Origin: Pseudomonas phage LPPA56
DNA: 42,384 bases
Reading direction: 5' to 3' (one strand)
Sequence record: OR188718.1
The notes below the pieces were generated by a model. It was not told where the DNA came from. It did not search any database and saw nothing but the letters and a program-made list of their open reading frames with translations. The position numbers and the translations under genes are program-made. Of this stretch, positions 20,447 through 28,428 are shown one piece after another. The first letter of the stretch is position 1; each line of letters opens with the position of its first letter.

Positions 20447-20860
20447 ATGGGCCAAGAGTGTGATGTAGATGTACTGGCGCGGACGCTGTGGGGTGAGGCG
20501 CGCGGCGAAGGCGCTGCCGGCATGGTGGCGGTGGGCTGGACCATCAGGAATCGGGCCGCCCAGCCAGGCTGGTGGGGGCGGGATATCCAGACCGTCTGCC
20601 AGAAGCCCTACCAGTTCAGTTGCTGGAACAGGGACGATCCCAATTTCCCCTACCTGAGCGGTGCCAAGCAGATTCCGGCGGCGCAGTACCTGCAGGCGCG
20701 CGAGGCGGCGCTGGTGGTGCTGGCGGGCAAGCAGCCGGATCCCACCGGCGGCGCTACCCATTACTACTCCACCAGCATGTCGAAGCCGCCGGCCTGGGCT
20801 GCGTTGGCCAGGCGCACAGTGAAGATCGGCCGGCACATTTTCTTCCGCGACGTGCCGTAG
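20447..20860 (+). CDS. endolysin, SleB-like cell-wall hydrolase (Hydrolase_2 family)
   Basis: ARTLWGEARGEG...VGWTIRNR...YQFSCWN...HYY are hallmark motifs of SleB-type hydrolases. GGAGG RBS 9 nt before ATG 20447. Confidence 0.7.
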   Translation: MGQECDVDVLARTLWGEARGEGAAGMVAVGWTIRNRAAQPGWWGRDIQTVCQKPYQFSCWNRDDPNFPYLSGAKQIPAAQYLQAREAALVVLAGKQPDPTGGATHYYSTSMSKPPAWAALARRTVKIGRHIFFRDVP

Positions 20861-20868
20861 GGGGAGCT

Positions 20869-21363
20869 ATGGGAGCGCTTCTATCCAAGGCCTGGTTGCA
20901 GGCCTGCGCCGCTGTCCTGCTGATCGCGTTAGGCTCCGGGCTCGTCTGGTGGGGGCTGGCCCCGCGCATCGATCTCCAGACCCAGCGCGCTGATGCTGCG
21001 GAAAAGGCCGCCGGTGAGGCCCAGCAACTGGTCAGCCTGCAGGCCGGCGTGCTGGCTGAGCAGCAGCGCCAGATCGGTCAGATCACCGAGATCGACCAGC
21101 GCATGCGAGCGCTGGCTCAGGCCGTTTCCACCAATGCCAGGGTCCAGGGCACGGCCCTTGAGGAGTTACGCCGCAATGACCAGGCTGTCGATGAGTATCT
21201 GCGCGGGCTTGTGCCTGCTGGCCTTGGCCGGCTGTACGAACGGCCCGAGACCACCGACCCAGGCGCCTACCGCGGGCCGACAGTTCTGCCCGCTGGTGCC
21301 GTGCGTCCTACCGGCACGGCCGGCGGTGCTGGTGAACGATCAGTGGCGGCAGGCCCTGGATGA
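20869..21363 (+). CDS. Rz: i-spanin (Rz-like): N-terminal transmembrane segment plus coiled coil
   Basis: MGALLSKAWLQACAAVLLIALGSGLVWWGL TM helix then Q/A/L-rich coiled coil; directly after endolysin. Confidence 0.6.
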   Translation: MGALLSKAWLQACAAVLLIALGSGLVWWGLAPRIDLQTQRADAAEKAAGEAQQLVSLQAGVLAEQQRQIGQITEIDQRMRALAQAVSTNARVQGTALEELRRNDQAVDEYLRGLVPAGLGRLYERPETTDPGAYRGPTVLPAGAVRPTGTAGGAGERSVAAGPG

Positions 21364-21442
21364 CACCGAGGCCGCGCTGCTGAGCTGCGCCAACCAGGTG
21401 CTGGGGTGCATCCAGCGCCAGGACGCCCAACGTCCGAAGTGA
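21176..21442 (+). CDS. Rz1: o-spanin (Rz1-like) lipoprotein embedded in the +1 frame of Rz
   Basis: MTRLSMSICAGLCLLALAGC lipobox (LAGC), Pro-rich mature part, starts inside Rz and extends 79 nt beyond it; GAGGAG RBS. Confidence 0.6.
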   Translation: MTRLSMSICAGLCLLALAGCTNGPRPPTQAPTAGRQFCPLVPCVLPARPAVLVNDQWRQALDDTEAALLSCANQVLGCIQRQDAQRPK

Positions 21443-21451
21443 AGGAGCGGC

Positions 21452-21829
21452 TCAGGGGAGCAGTTTGAAGAGTCGGAGCATTCTTACCGACTCTTCATCT
21501 TGTCCTGCTATTGAGACTTCGCCCCGATTCAGTGTCGTCCAGGCGCCATCGGTGAACGCTGCTAATTGATTGGCCGGAATAAGCTGGTGGATTATTGGAT
21601 AGCGTTCTGTGTAGCACTTCCACGCCCCGATCATGTGCTCTTTAAGCTCATCTTCGGTGTAGGGCGAGCAACGCATGCTGGCGGCGAATTTTGCGGCTCC
21701 AGCGAAGTGCCTGGCCTTCTTGCCTCCTCTGTAGGTGCATGCAATTTGCTTGAGGCATAGAAGGGCTGGGTAGATGGTTAGGCAGCGAAGCCACCAATAG
21801 ATGCCTTGGGCCTCCGGCTCTCCCTGCAT
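21452..21829 (-). CDS. hypothetical protein, AT-richer moron gene (possibly the 3' part of a frameshifted gene)
   Basis: 125-aa ORF. Its reading frame stays open upstream into the 21778..22002 ORF with a ~50-codon overlap. Confidence 0.3.
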   Translation of the reverse strand: MQGEPEAQGIYWWLRCLTIYPALLCLKQIACTYRGGKKARHFAGAAKFAASMRCSPYTEDELKEHMIGAWKCYTERYPIIHQLIPANQLAAFTDGAWTTLNRGEVSIAGQDEESVRMLRLFKLLP

Positions 21830-22002
21830 TCTCTTGAGTAGATCGTTGATAATCTCTCCAGTGTCCAGGTCGCTCTGAGCACGAGATGCGGCATCATTTC
21901 GCCGTTGTTGCTGGTGAGAATTCGGTCAGATGCTAAGTGCAGGAAGTCGGTCTTGAACGTGACCAGTTCGTCATAGTCGAGATAGGCGATTTCGAAGGCC
22001 AT
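21778..22002 (-). pseudogene. hypothetical ORF overlapping 21452..21829 in another frame (possible frameshift or programmed shift)
   Basis: Two ORFs overlap by ~50 codons in different frames with no second RBS. Confidence 0.25.
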
Positions 22003-22185
22003 GGCCGCTCCTTGGCTGGGCAGTTATTTGGTAGGTTTCGAGTTCTCGGCGATCTTCGCCGCCATATGGGCGTCGTCATCGATGCTCAGCGGACGGGTTT
22101 GCTTCCTGGCCTTGGCTCTTTCCCCGGGTGGCAGCGCTGGGTGGGTTGTTCTGAAGGAGTTACGGAGCAGGCATAAAAGGAGAGA

Positions 22186-22683
22186 TCAGGCTATCTGGAA
22201 TGCTTTGGCGAACATATCCAGCCAGGCATCAGGCGCGTTCAGGTTGCGAGTGTCGAAGTCTCGGCCCCAGTGTGCAAGCCAGCTTTCCAATTCGTCACAA
22301 CTGTATTCGCCATTGGCTAGGCCAAGGACAATTGTTACCAGTTCGTGGCCTGGGGCGGTCAACTCGTAGCCATTCATCAACAAGAAAAGGAAACCGGCGG
22401 CTGCTGCCGTGCGCTTGTTGGCGTTGGCAAACGGATGGTTCCGCACGATGCTTTCCATCAGCGTGGCTGCTAGCCGGTACATGTCGTTCGTCTGTTCGTA
22501 GAAACGAATCTGTGCCGGGCGCTGCTGCGAGGAAGACAGCTCATTGGGCTTCAAGACTCCGACCATTTCGTCCGGAGTCTGAAGCCTGATCAGTTGCTGG
22601 TTGATGAAGATAAGCGCGTCAACGGTGAGGTAGCGAATGCCTTCGCAGATTTCACCGTACTGGGAGAGATCCTTCTCGGCCAT
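22186..22683 (-). CDS. doc: Fic/Doc-family toxin (Doc-like)
   Basis: Motif HPFANANKRTAAAAGFLFL matches the Doc core HxFx(D/N)xNKRTA (P1 Doc: HIFNDANKRTAL). Confidence 0.75.
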   Translation of the reverse strand: MAEKDLSQYGEICEGIRYLTVDALIFINQQLIRLQTPDEMVGVLKPNELSSSQQRPAQIRFYEQTNDMYRLAATLMESIVRNHPFANANKRTAAAAGFLFLLMNGYELTAPGHELVTIVLGLANGEYSCDELESWLAHWGRDFDTRNLNAPDAWLDMFAKAFQIA

Positions 22684-22686
22684 GGC

Positions 22687-22878
22687 TTATACCTTGGCCA
22701 GCTCCTCAAGCGCTTTCTCATAACGCTGGAAAGCCATGCAGAAAGCCTTCTCAAGCTGGACCTGGTACTCACCTTCAGCCGGACGCGCCACTGCCTCGCC
22801 GCGAGACTTGTCGCGCGGGGGAATGTAAATGCGATCAGGTTTTTTCAGTGCGTGGCCCATGGCTATCTCCGTGCCCAA
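22687..22878 (-). CDS. putative antitoxin (Phd-like position)
   Basis: 63-aa ORF immediately upstream of doc with a 3-nt gap. Confidence 0.45.
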   Translation of the reverse strand: MGTEIAMGHALKKPDRIYIPPRDKSRGEAVARPAEGEYQVQLEKAFCMAFQRYEKALEELAKV

Positions 22879-23088
22879 TTTTTCGGCGTTCCGACCGTTG
22901 GATTTTCAACAGTGGTAACGCCTTTTCAAAATGGGGGCCGATTGTTTCGCTGTCAACTGCTCATGTCAACGAAATCGGCGCTTCATCGACCTATCGTTCA
23001 GATAGGTGGTAACGATGAGACAACGGGCGTGATTTTCCGTTCGCCTTTTGGCGTTCGGGAAATGTTCGTCAGAAAGTCGTCGCTGTTT

Positions 23089-23304
23089 TTGTACGTCGAA
23101 TTGTACGTTTCAGCGTAGGTTCAATGGTTTGGATGTGCGCAAACTATTGATTTAGATGGTGCCGGCACCAGGAGTCGAACCCGGGACCTACTGATTACAA
23201 GTAATCCGCCCTTAATTGCAAAATCAACGGTTTACGACGTTTCTTTGTACGCGCTTGCTGTCGTTCAGGCCGCATTCTATGCGGGGTGTTTCGATCATTG
23301 TACG
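23089..23304 (+). promoter_or_regulatory. attP region: four direct TTGTACG arm-type repeats flanking the tRNA-derived core
   Basis: TTGTACG at 23089, 23101, 23245 and 23298, all in one orientation, on both sides of the core 23157-23201. Also GTGGTAACG at 22912 and 23006. Confidence 0.5.
23157..23201 (-). tRNA. partial tRNA: 3' 45 nt (anticodon loop through CCA) of a tRNA-Thr(UGU)-like gene = att core; not an intact tRNA gene
   Basis: Reverse complement reads cttgtaa-tcagt-aggtc-ccggg-TTCGACT-cctgg-tgccggc-a-CCA (T-loop, T-stem, acceptor 3' strand). 5' half absent: no complementary acceptor strand or D-arm. Confidence 0.7.
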
Positions 23305-24464
23305 CCCCCGTTCGGGCCTCCCGAGGGGGCGACTATAGGTACGCTGAAGTCATAGACGTCCAGCATCGACTCGTCACGGTGGCCGCTGGCCTCCTGCTTT
23401 TCTCCCCGGGTGCCGGGGGTGTCAGTGATGCCGCGGCGTTTAAGGTCGTGCATGCCGAAGCGCTCCTCGGCGGTGATGATGTTCTTCTCCAGGGCCTGGG
23501 TGATGAACCGCTGCCAGGCGGTGTCTAGGCTCGACTTCCGGAGTGGCCCGCCGTGGGCTGCCACGATCAGCCGGCGCTGATCCGCTGCGATCGGTACCGG
23601 CATGCGCTTCTTCTCCCACACGTCAGCACGGACTTTCTTTGCTGCATCCCAGGCCGCGCGTAGGCGCGGTGTCCAGCGGACGATGTTGTCGCGGCTGCCC
23701 TTGCGGCGGTTGGTCAGCACGCCTTCTTCTGTTTCGTTCGCGTCGGTGAGCGTGACTGTCTCGATGCCGCGCAGGCGGCACAAGTAGCTGATCTCCATGA
23801 CATACCAGAGGTAGGGCGCGCAGGCGCCTTTCTGGCCGCGCACCAGTTGGCCCTGCTGATAGGCGAACTGAATGAGCTGCGTCATAGCAGCCGGCGCAGG
23901 CAGCCGGCGGCGCTTTCGTTCTTTGGGTGCCTCGATGCCTTTGGCGACGTTCTCGTCGACAAAGCCCCGGTTCTTGCCCCACTGCAGCACCAGACGCAGG
24001 TAGCGCAGGGCGTGGGCCGCCTTGGATGGCGTGCCTTGCTCCGCGATCTTGTCGATCAGGCGCTGGACCAGGGGAGAGGTGAACTTGCGGACGGCCAGGT
24101 CGCCCAGCGTCTTGCCGGCGAGTTGGGTCGGTACGCCAAGCAGCACGTCGCGGCTGTAGCTGTAGTCTTCCTGGGTCTTCTGGCCGAGGCTGGTGAACCT
24201 GATGCTGGCGTGATACTGCTCGCACAGGTACCGCAGGCTGTCACGGTCGATGCCCTGCAATTCTTCGACGATGCGGTGCAGTTCGGCCAGGGTGACCGTA
24301 GCGCCGCACAGGTTCTTGCGTACCCGGCGGCCGGCTTCGTTCATGCTCAACCGGTACCAGCAGCCGGCGCCGCGGTGGTCGAAATAGACGTCCTTCGGCA
24401 GAGAAGCTTGGTCTATGTGGGCAGGGATGTGAGGGTTTGCCTGGCGTTTTCTTCCGCGTCTCAT
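23295..24464 (-). CDS. int: tyrosine integrase (phage integrase family)
   Basis: C-terminal HDLKRRG...HRDESMLDVY recombinase-type motifs. Adjacent to attP core. Start at ATG 24464 (ATGA-coupled to xis) preferred over track start 24545. Confidence 0.8.
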   Translation of the reverse strand: MRRGRKRQANPHIPAHIDQASLPKDVYFDHRGAGCWYRLSMNEAGRRVRKNLCGATVTLAELHRIVEELQGIDRDSLRYLCEQYHASIRFTSLGQKTQEDYSYSRDVLLGVPTQLAGKTLGDLAVRKFTSPLVQRLIDKIAEQGTPSKAAHALRYLRLVLQWGKNRGFVDENVAKGIEAPKERKRRRLPAPAAMTQLIQFAYQQGQLVRGQKGACAPYLWYVMEISYLCRLRGIETVTLTDANETEEGVLTNRRKGSRDNIVRWTPRLRAAWDAAKKVRADVWEKKRMPVPIAADQRRLIVAAHGGPLRKSSLDTAWQRFITQALEKNIITAEERFGMHDLKRRGITDTPGTRGEKQEASGHRDESMLDVYDFSVPIVAPSGGPNGGVQ

Positions 24465-24676
24465 CTGAGTATGTCTGGTCCGTAGTGTTCCTGGTTGCCT
24501 GCGGCGAGGCCCGCGGCATGGTTGATCAGTTCTGTGGTGGTCCATGGGCCCTTGCGGCCGTGGAAAATCTTGATGCCCTGCTCACGCAGCACGCGCTCGA
24601 CATCGGCGCGGCGCACGTAGCCGGTGACCTGCTGAAGATCCTCGAAGTCTAGGATGCCGGCGACATTGCTGCTCAT
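24461..24676 (-). CDS. xis: excisionase-like DNA-binding protein (DUF4224-like)
   Basis: 70 aa from ATG 24676 (AGGAG RBS). Sequence QQVTGYVRRADVERVLREQGIKIFHGRKGPW resembles DUF4224 proteins that precede integrases. Confidence 0.5.
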   Translation of the reverse strand: MSSNVAGILDFEDLQQVTGYVRRADVERVLREQGIKIFHGRKGPWTTTELINHAAGLAAGNQEHYGPDILR

Positions 24677-24692
24677 GATCGCGTTCTCCTGC

Positions 24693-25151
24693 TCAGGCGG
24701 CGACTGGCGAGGGCCAGGCGCCGACAGCGTCATAGATGCGGGCGGCCTGGGCTTCGTCCAGGGTCACGCTGTCGGGAATTGCAATCCAGCCGGAGCTGAC
24801 GATGTGCTTCGAATTACAGCTGGCGAGGTGTTCGCGGTAGAAGGCCTCTATCACGTCGGTTAGCTGGTCGGCGAGGTAGACGCCTTGTGGCGCCACCTCG
24901 GTGCTCTTGATGTAGCGCTTGCCGAACTGGTCGATGCACAGGGCGCTGATGTAGATGCACCAGGGATGGGTGAAGTCGCACACCGCGTCAACCATGGGGT
25001 GCGACTTAATCAGCCTGCCGGTTTTCCAGTTCACTAGGTGCTGGTCGCCGGCTGGATCGATGTTGATCACGGCGGCGTGGTTGGTGCGCACCAGTGCCCG
25101 GCAGTTGCGCTCGAGGCGGGCGCGCATGTTGTGGGGCTTGCGGGTGCTCAT
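24693..25151 (-). CDS. hypothetical protein
   Basis: 152-aa ORF, ATGA-coupled to the upstream gene. Confidence 0.4.
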   Translation of the reverse strand: MSTRKPHNMRARLERNCRALVRTNHAAVINIDPAGDQHLVNWKTGRLIKSHPMVDAVCDFTHPWCIYISALCIDQFGKRYIKSTEVAPQGVYLADQLTDVIEAFYREHLASCNSKHIVSSGWIAIPDSVTLDEAQAARIYDAVGAWPSPVAA

Positions 25152-26662
25152 TTCGCCCCCTTGAACATGCGGCGCTCGGTCTGGCCGACGAGCCAGGCCT
25201 TCGGCACCTCATTGCCGGGCGAGGCGGTGAGCAGTTCGGCAGCACGCCACAGCGCGTCACTGGTGCGAAGATCGGAATAGGCCATGATCGCTTCCCAGTG
25301 GCTTTCCGCCTCTTCGTCATCGAACTCGGACAGCAACTGAACGATGGCAAAGGTCTGGGCGTGCTCCGGGGCACCGGAGTCAAACATGCCGGCAGCGTTG
25401 AGCGAGTATTTCCTTCCTTCGGCCGCTACCAGAGCGGCGGCATTTAACGGCACGCTGTGCTGAGCCTGGTTGTCGATCAACGCGATGATGTGGTCAGGCA
25501 TGGTCAGCGCCTCGTAACGCACCATCAGGTCCGAGGCCTCATCTCCGCTGAGTAGCGGGTTCTTGAGTGCGACAGCAATTCGGCGCAGTTCCGAGTGGTC
25601 GCCGGACTGAGTCTGGGTTACTGGGGCGTCGGTGCGGGCCCAACCAGCTGAGCACATGGCAGCTTCGTCCACTGCTTGGATGTCATTCGTAGAGCTTAGG
25701 AAAACCACAATTGCCTCGGGGTTGCACTGCGCCCGAATAGCGTCATGGAACCGCTTGCATTCGTGAACCTGCTCTTCGTTGAAGTCGCCGACCAGGGCGA
25801 TTACCGAAGCATCTACGGGAACATCCTTGATGCGCGCGGCGACCAGGGCTTCGAGTGCTTTGACCCTGGCCAGGGCAGCGTCGCGCAGTTTCTGGAGCGC
25901 CCTGGATTCAGCTTCCCAGTGGTCGGCAGCGCCTCGCAGTTCCTTAATCTCCATTTCCATTCCAGCGCACTGATGGCGCGCAGCATCGCCTTTTGCGGCC
26001 GCGTCGTTTGCCATAGCTAGTTCGGCTTCCAACTCCGCGCACCTGGCCAGGGCGGCGTCGCGCTCTTGCTCCAGTTGGTCGATACCAACAGACAGGTAGC
26101 CGTCCATCATGCCCATCATGCGGTGTTCGAGGGCGTCGGCGCGCTCGTTGGCGGCGTCTCGCTCTTTTTCGCAGCGCCCCCAGCCGTTCGTTGCGCTACC
26201 GAGCTTGAAGATCAGCTCGGTGTTGCGCTCTCGCTGAGATTGAAGCTCCGCCCGCAGTGCTTCGACTTCGGCCTGGGCGACTTTCAGTTGATCCTCCAAG
26301 CGCTTGGCATAGCCGCGAATGCCTTGCACGGTCCAGCCACCATCGATGGCGTCTTGCGGCAGCCCTTCGCAGATACGCTCGAACTGGCGCAGGCGCACGG
26401 CGATTTCGTTCTTGTGGTCTCGCTCCTGTTCGGCCAGGTATTGCCAGTGCTCGGCAGCCGGCCATGGGGACGGAACAACCACTGCGTCGACCGTAATTCC
26501 CTCTGGCATCGGCAGGGCATTCAGGTCGGCCGCGTGCTTGTCGGCGTCTTCGCGGCTGAATGCTGCGTACAGTTCGTCCGGCCCTTGGGCATGTACAGCC
26601 CACAGTTCCGGCCGCTCCGCCTCGGCGATGGGCAGGCTGTCTTGTTGGGTCTTCTGGCTCAT
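25148..26662 (-). CDS. hypothetical coiled-coil protein, translationally coupled to the DGR reverse transcriptase
   Basis: 504 aa. Residues ~80-290 are E/A/L/R-rich heptad-like. Start ATG 26662 overlaps the RT stop (ATGA). Confidence 0.5.
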   Translation of the reverse strand: MSQKTQQDSLPIAEAERPELWAVHAQGPDELYAAFSREDADKHAADLNALPMPEGITVDAVVVPSPWPAAEHWQYLAEQERDHKNEIAVRLRQFERICEGLPQDAIDGGWTVQGIRGYAKRLEDQLKVAQAEVEALRAELQSQRERNTELIFKLGSATNGWGRCEKERDAANERADALEHRMMGMMDGYLSVGIDQLEQERDAALARCAELEAELAMANDAAAKGDAARHQCAGMEMEIKELRGAADHWEAESRALQKLRDAALARVKALEALVAARIKDVPVDASVIALVGDFNEEQVHECKRFHDAIRAQCNPEAIVVFLSSTNDIQAVDEAAMCSAGWARTDAPVTQTQSGDHSELRRIAVALKNPLLSGDEASDLMVRYEALTMPDHIIALIDNQAQHSVPLNAAALVAAEGRKYSLNAAGMFDSGAPEHAQTFAIVQLLSEFDDEEAESHWEAIMAYSDLRTSDALWRAAELLTASPGNEVPKAWLVGQTERRMFKGAK

Positions 26663-27729
26663 GCTGCCTCCTTGAACGTCTTGCGCAGGTTTGCGGAGAC
26701 AGAGCGGCCGCGCTTCTGCACGATCCTGGCCAGCCTCCGGCGGGCGTTGTGGCTGTGGCTGGCCTGGTCCAGCAGGCCGAAGTAGCTGTTGGCGGTTTCG
26801 CGCAGCTGTTCCCCCGGCGCGGCGCTTACCTGGCGCAGGGCAGTTTCCACGGTGCGCGGGCGTGTGACGCGGCGGTGCGGAAGGATCACCTGGCCAACGA
26901 AATCGATCCCGCGGGCGATGGGCTGGAGCACGGTCTTCGCAGGGTTGAGTCGGGCATGTAACGTGTCGGCCAGGAATGCCTCGATCTGGTTGTGCCAGGC
27001 ATTCAGCTGTTGGGGAGACTCGGCCAGCAGAACGAAGTCATCGACGTAACGGATGTAGTGCTTCACGCGCAGCTGGTGTTTCACGAACTGGTCCAGAGCG
27101 TCGAGGTGCACGTTGGCGAAGAACTGTGACGACAGGTTGCCGATAGGCAGGCCCAGGTACGCCGGCTGGGCGGTGAGCCGCTTGTGCTGCGGCACGCGAT
27201 TCAGCAAGCGGGTGGGGCTGCGGGTTTCGTAGTTGGTGCGTGGGTCGTGCCAGAGGATCTGTAGGGCAAGTGCCCGCCAGGTTGGCTCGGGGATGCGCGC
27301 GATCAGTTGCTGCTCGAGCACCCGCTTGTCGAGGGAGATGAAGAAATTGGACAGGTCGCACTTCAGGTAGAAGGCGCGGCGTTTCCAGTTGCGGGTGATG
27401 CTGCGCACCTTCTTCTCCAGGCGCTGGGCGCCATAGAGTGTGCCGCGGCCCTTGATGCAGGCACAGCTATCAACAATGAAGGAGCGCTCGATGCGCGGGC
27501 CGATGTGGTTGTACAGCAGGTGGTGGACGATTCTGTCTCTGAAGTCGGCGGCCCACACCTCGCGGTGCTTCGGGTGGGTCACGACAAAGCAGATGGAGGC
27601 GCCGGGTTGGTAGGCGCCGGTGTTCAGCTCATGGTGGAGTTGCATGATGTTGCGCTCCAGGTTGAACTCGAATGCAAGGGCCGACTTGCTGTTGCGCTTG
27701 CTGCGCCGGCAGTCGTAATAGGCCTGCAT
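26659..27729 (-). CDS. DGR reverse transcriptase
   Basis: RT motifs incl. IRYVDDFVLL (YxDD), NLSSQFFANVHLDALD, QPGASICF. N-terminus FSIEALMQAYYDCRRSKR aligns with DGR RT N-termini. Start ATG 27729 with GAGG RBS; the track ORF extends to 28077 across the TR and is probably not translated. Confidence 0.85.
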   Translation of the reverse strand: MQAYYDCRRSKRNSKSALAFEFNLERNIMQLHHELNTGAYQPGASICFVVTHPKHREVWAADFRDRIVHHLLYNHIGPRIERSFIVDSCACIKGRGTLYGAQRLEKKVRSITRNWKRRAFYLKCDLSNFFISLDKRVLEQQLIARIPEPTWRALALQILWHDPRTNYETRSPTRLLNRVPQHKRLTAQPAYLGLPIGNLSSQFFANVHLDALDQFVKHQLRVKHYIRYVDDFVLLAESPQQLNAWHNQIEAFLADTLHARLNPAKTVLQPIARGIDFVGQVILPHRRVTRPRTVETALRQVSAAPGEQLRETANSYFGLLDQASHSHNARRRLARIVQKRGRSVSANLRKTFKEAA

Positions 27730-27775
27730 GAGTGCCTCGATAGAAAATCCAGCATGGCCGCCGGTGTTGCCGTTC

Positions 27776-27877
27776 GATGCTGCGGACGGCGAAAGCGGGC
27801 CGTGCGTTGTCCTTGTCGTCGTTGTTCTGGTTGCCATCGTCGAAGTTCTGGATCCACGCGTTGTTCGGGCCGTTCTG
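27776..27877 (-). repeat. DGR template repeat (TR)
   Basis: 102-bp copy next to the RT. Every site that differs in the other two copies is an adenine on the minus strand. 8 AAC codons in the VR frame. Confidence 0.85.
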
Positions 27878-28051
27878 CGCCAGGTCGTGCTATCTACGTC
27901 GCGCTGCCGAAGGCCGAGGCCGATCAGTGGCGAGACTGCGCAGGGCCTGCCGGGACGATGCCCGGCGGTTCCCCTGGTGCGCATGACGGTGGCCTTGTGA
28001 GCCAGCGGCACGACCAGAATCAAAATCGCGCTGGTGTGAGGGCCGTGGCGC

Positions 28052-28414
28052 TCACACGGCTGGCGATGCGGCGGCATTTCGTTTCCACCCAGTGGCCTGC
28101 CGGCCTATGTCGTCGGTGATTTCAATGGCTCGGCCGTGCTGGGCTCCGCTGAGCAGCCCGAGGTCGACCGAGAGGCGCAGCATCAGTTCGACGACCTGGA
28201 TGCGTTCCAGGATCAGCTGAATGTGCGCTACCCGTTCCTGGCCGCCGGCCGTGTTGGCGCGGAAGATCAGGATCGACACGTCGATGCACTCGTTGAGCAC
28301 CTTTTCCCCGAGGGTGCGCTTGAAGTCGCGGCGCCACCCTTTGGAGAGGTCGGCTACAAGCCGGGCCAGTTCTCCGGCGCGTTTGTAGATCGGCAGGTGT
28401 TGGGCGATGGCCAT
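28052..28414 (-). CDS. avd: Avd-like accessory variability determinant (four-helix-bundle protein)
   Basis: 120 aa, basic, predicted helical, lying between target gene and TR as in the Bordetella phage mtd-avd-TR-brt cassette. Confidence 0.7.
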   Translation of the reverse strand: MAIAQHLPIYKRAGELARLVADLSKGWRRDFKRTLGEKVLNECIDVSILIFRANTAGGQERVAHIQLILERIQVVELMLRLSVDLGLLSGAQHGRAIEITDDIGRQATGWKRNAAASPAV

Positions 28415-28428
28415 GCTGGAAAACTCGC

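Noticed and set aside
23157-23240. An intact tRNA gene next to the integrase
   Set aside because: Only tRNA positions ~32-76 are present. The upstream 30 nt cannot form acceptor or D stems, so this is an att core, not a functional tRNA.
26659-28077. Retron, or a 472-aa RT extending to 28077
   Set aside because: No msr/msd-like structured ncRNA partner. Adenine-specific TR/VR repeats and Avd indicate a DGR. The upstream extension lacks an RBS, overlaps the TR and avd, and the conserved RT N-terminus begins near 27729.
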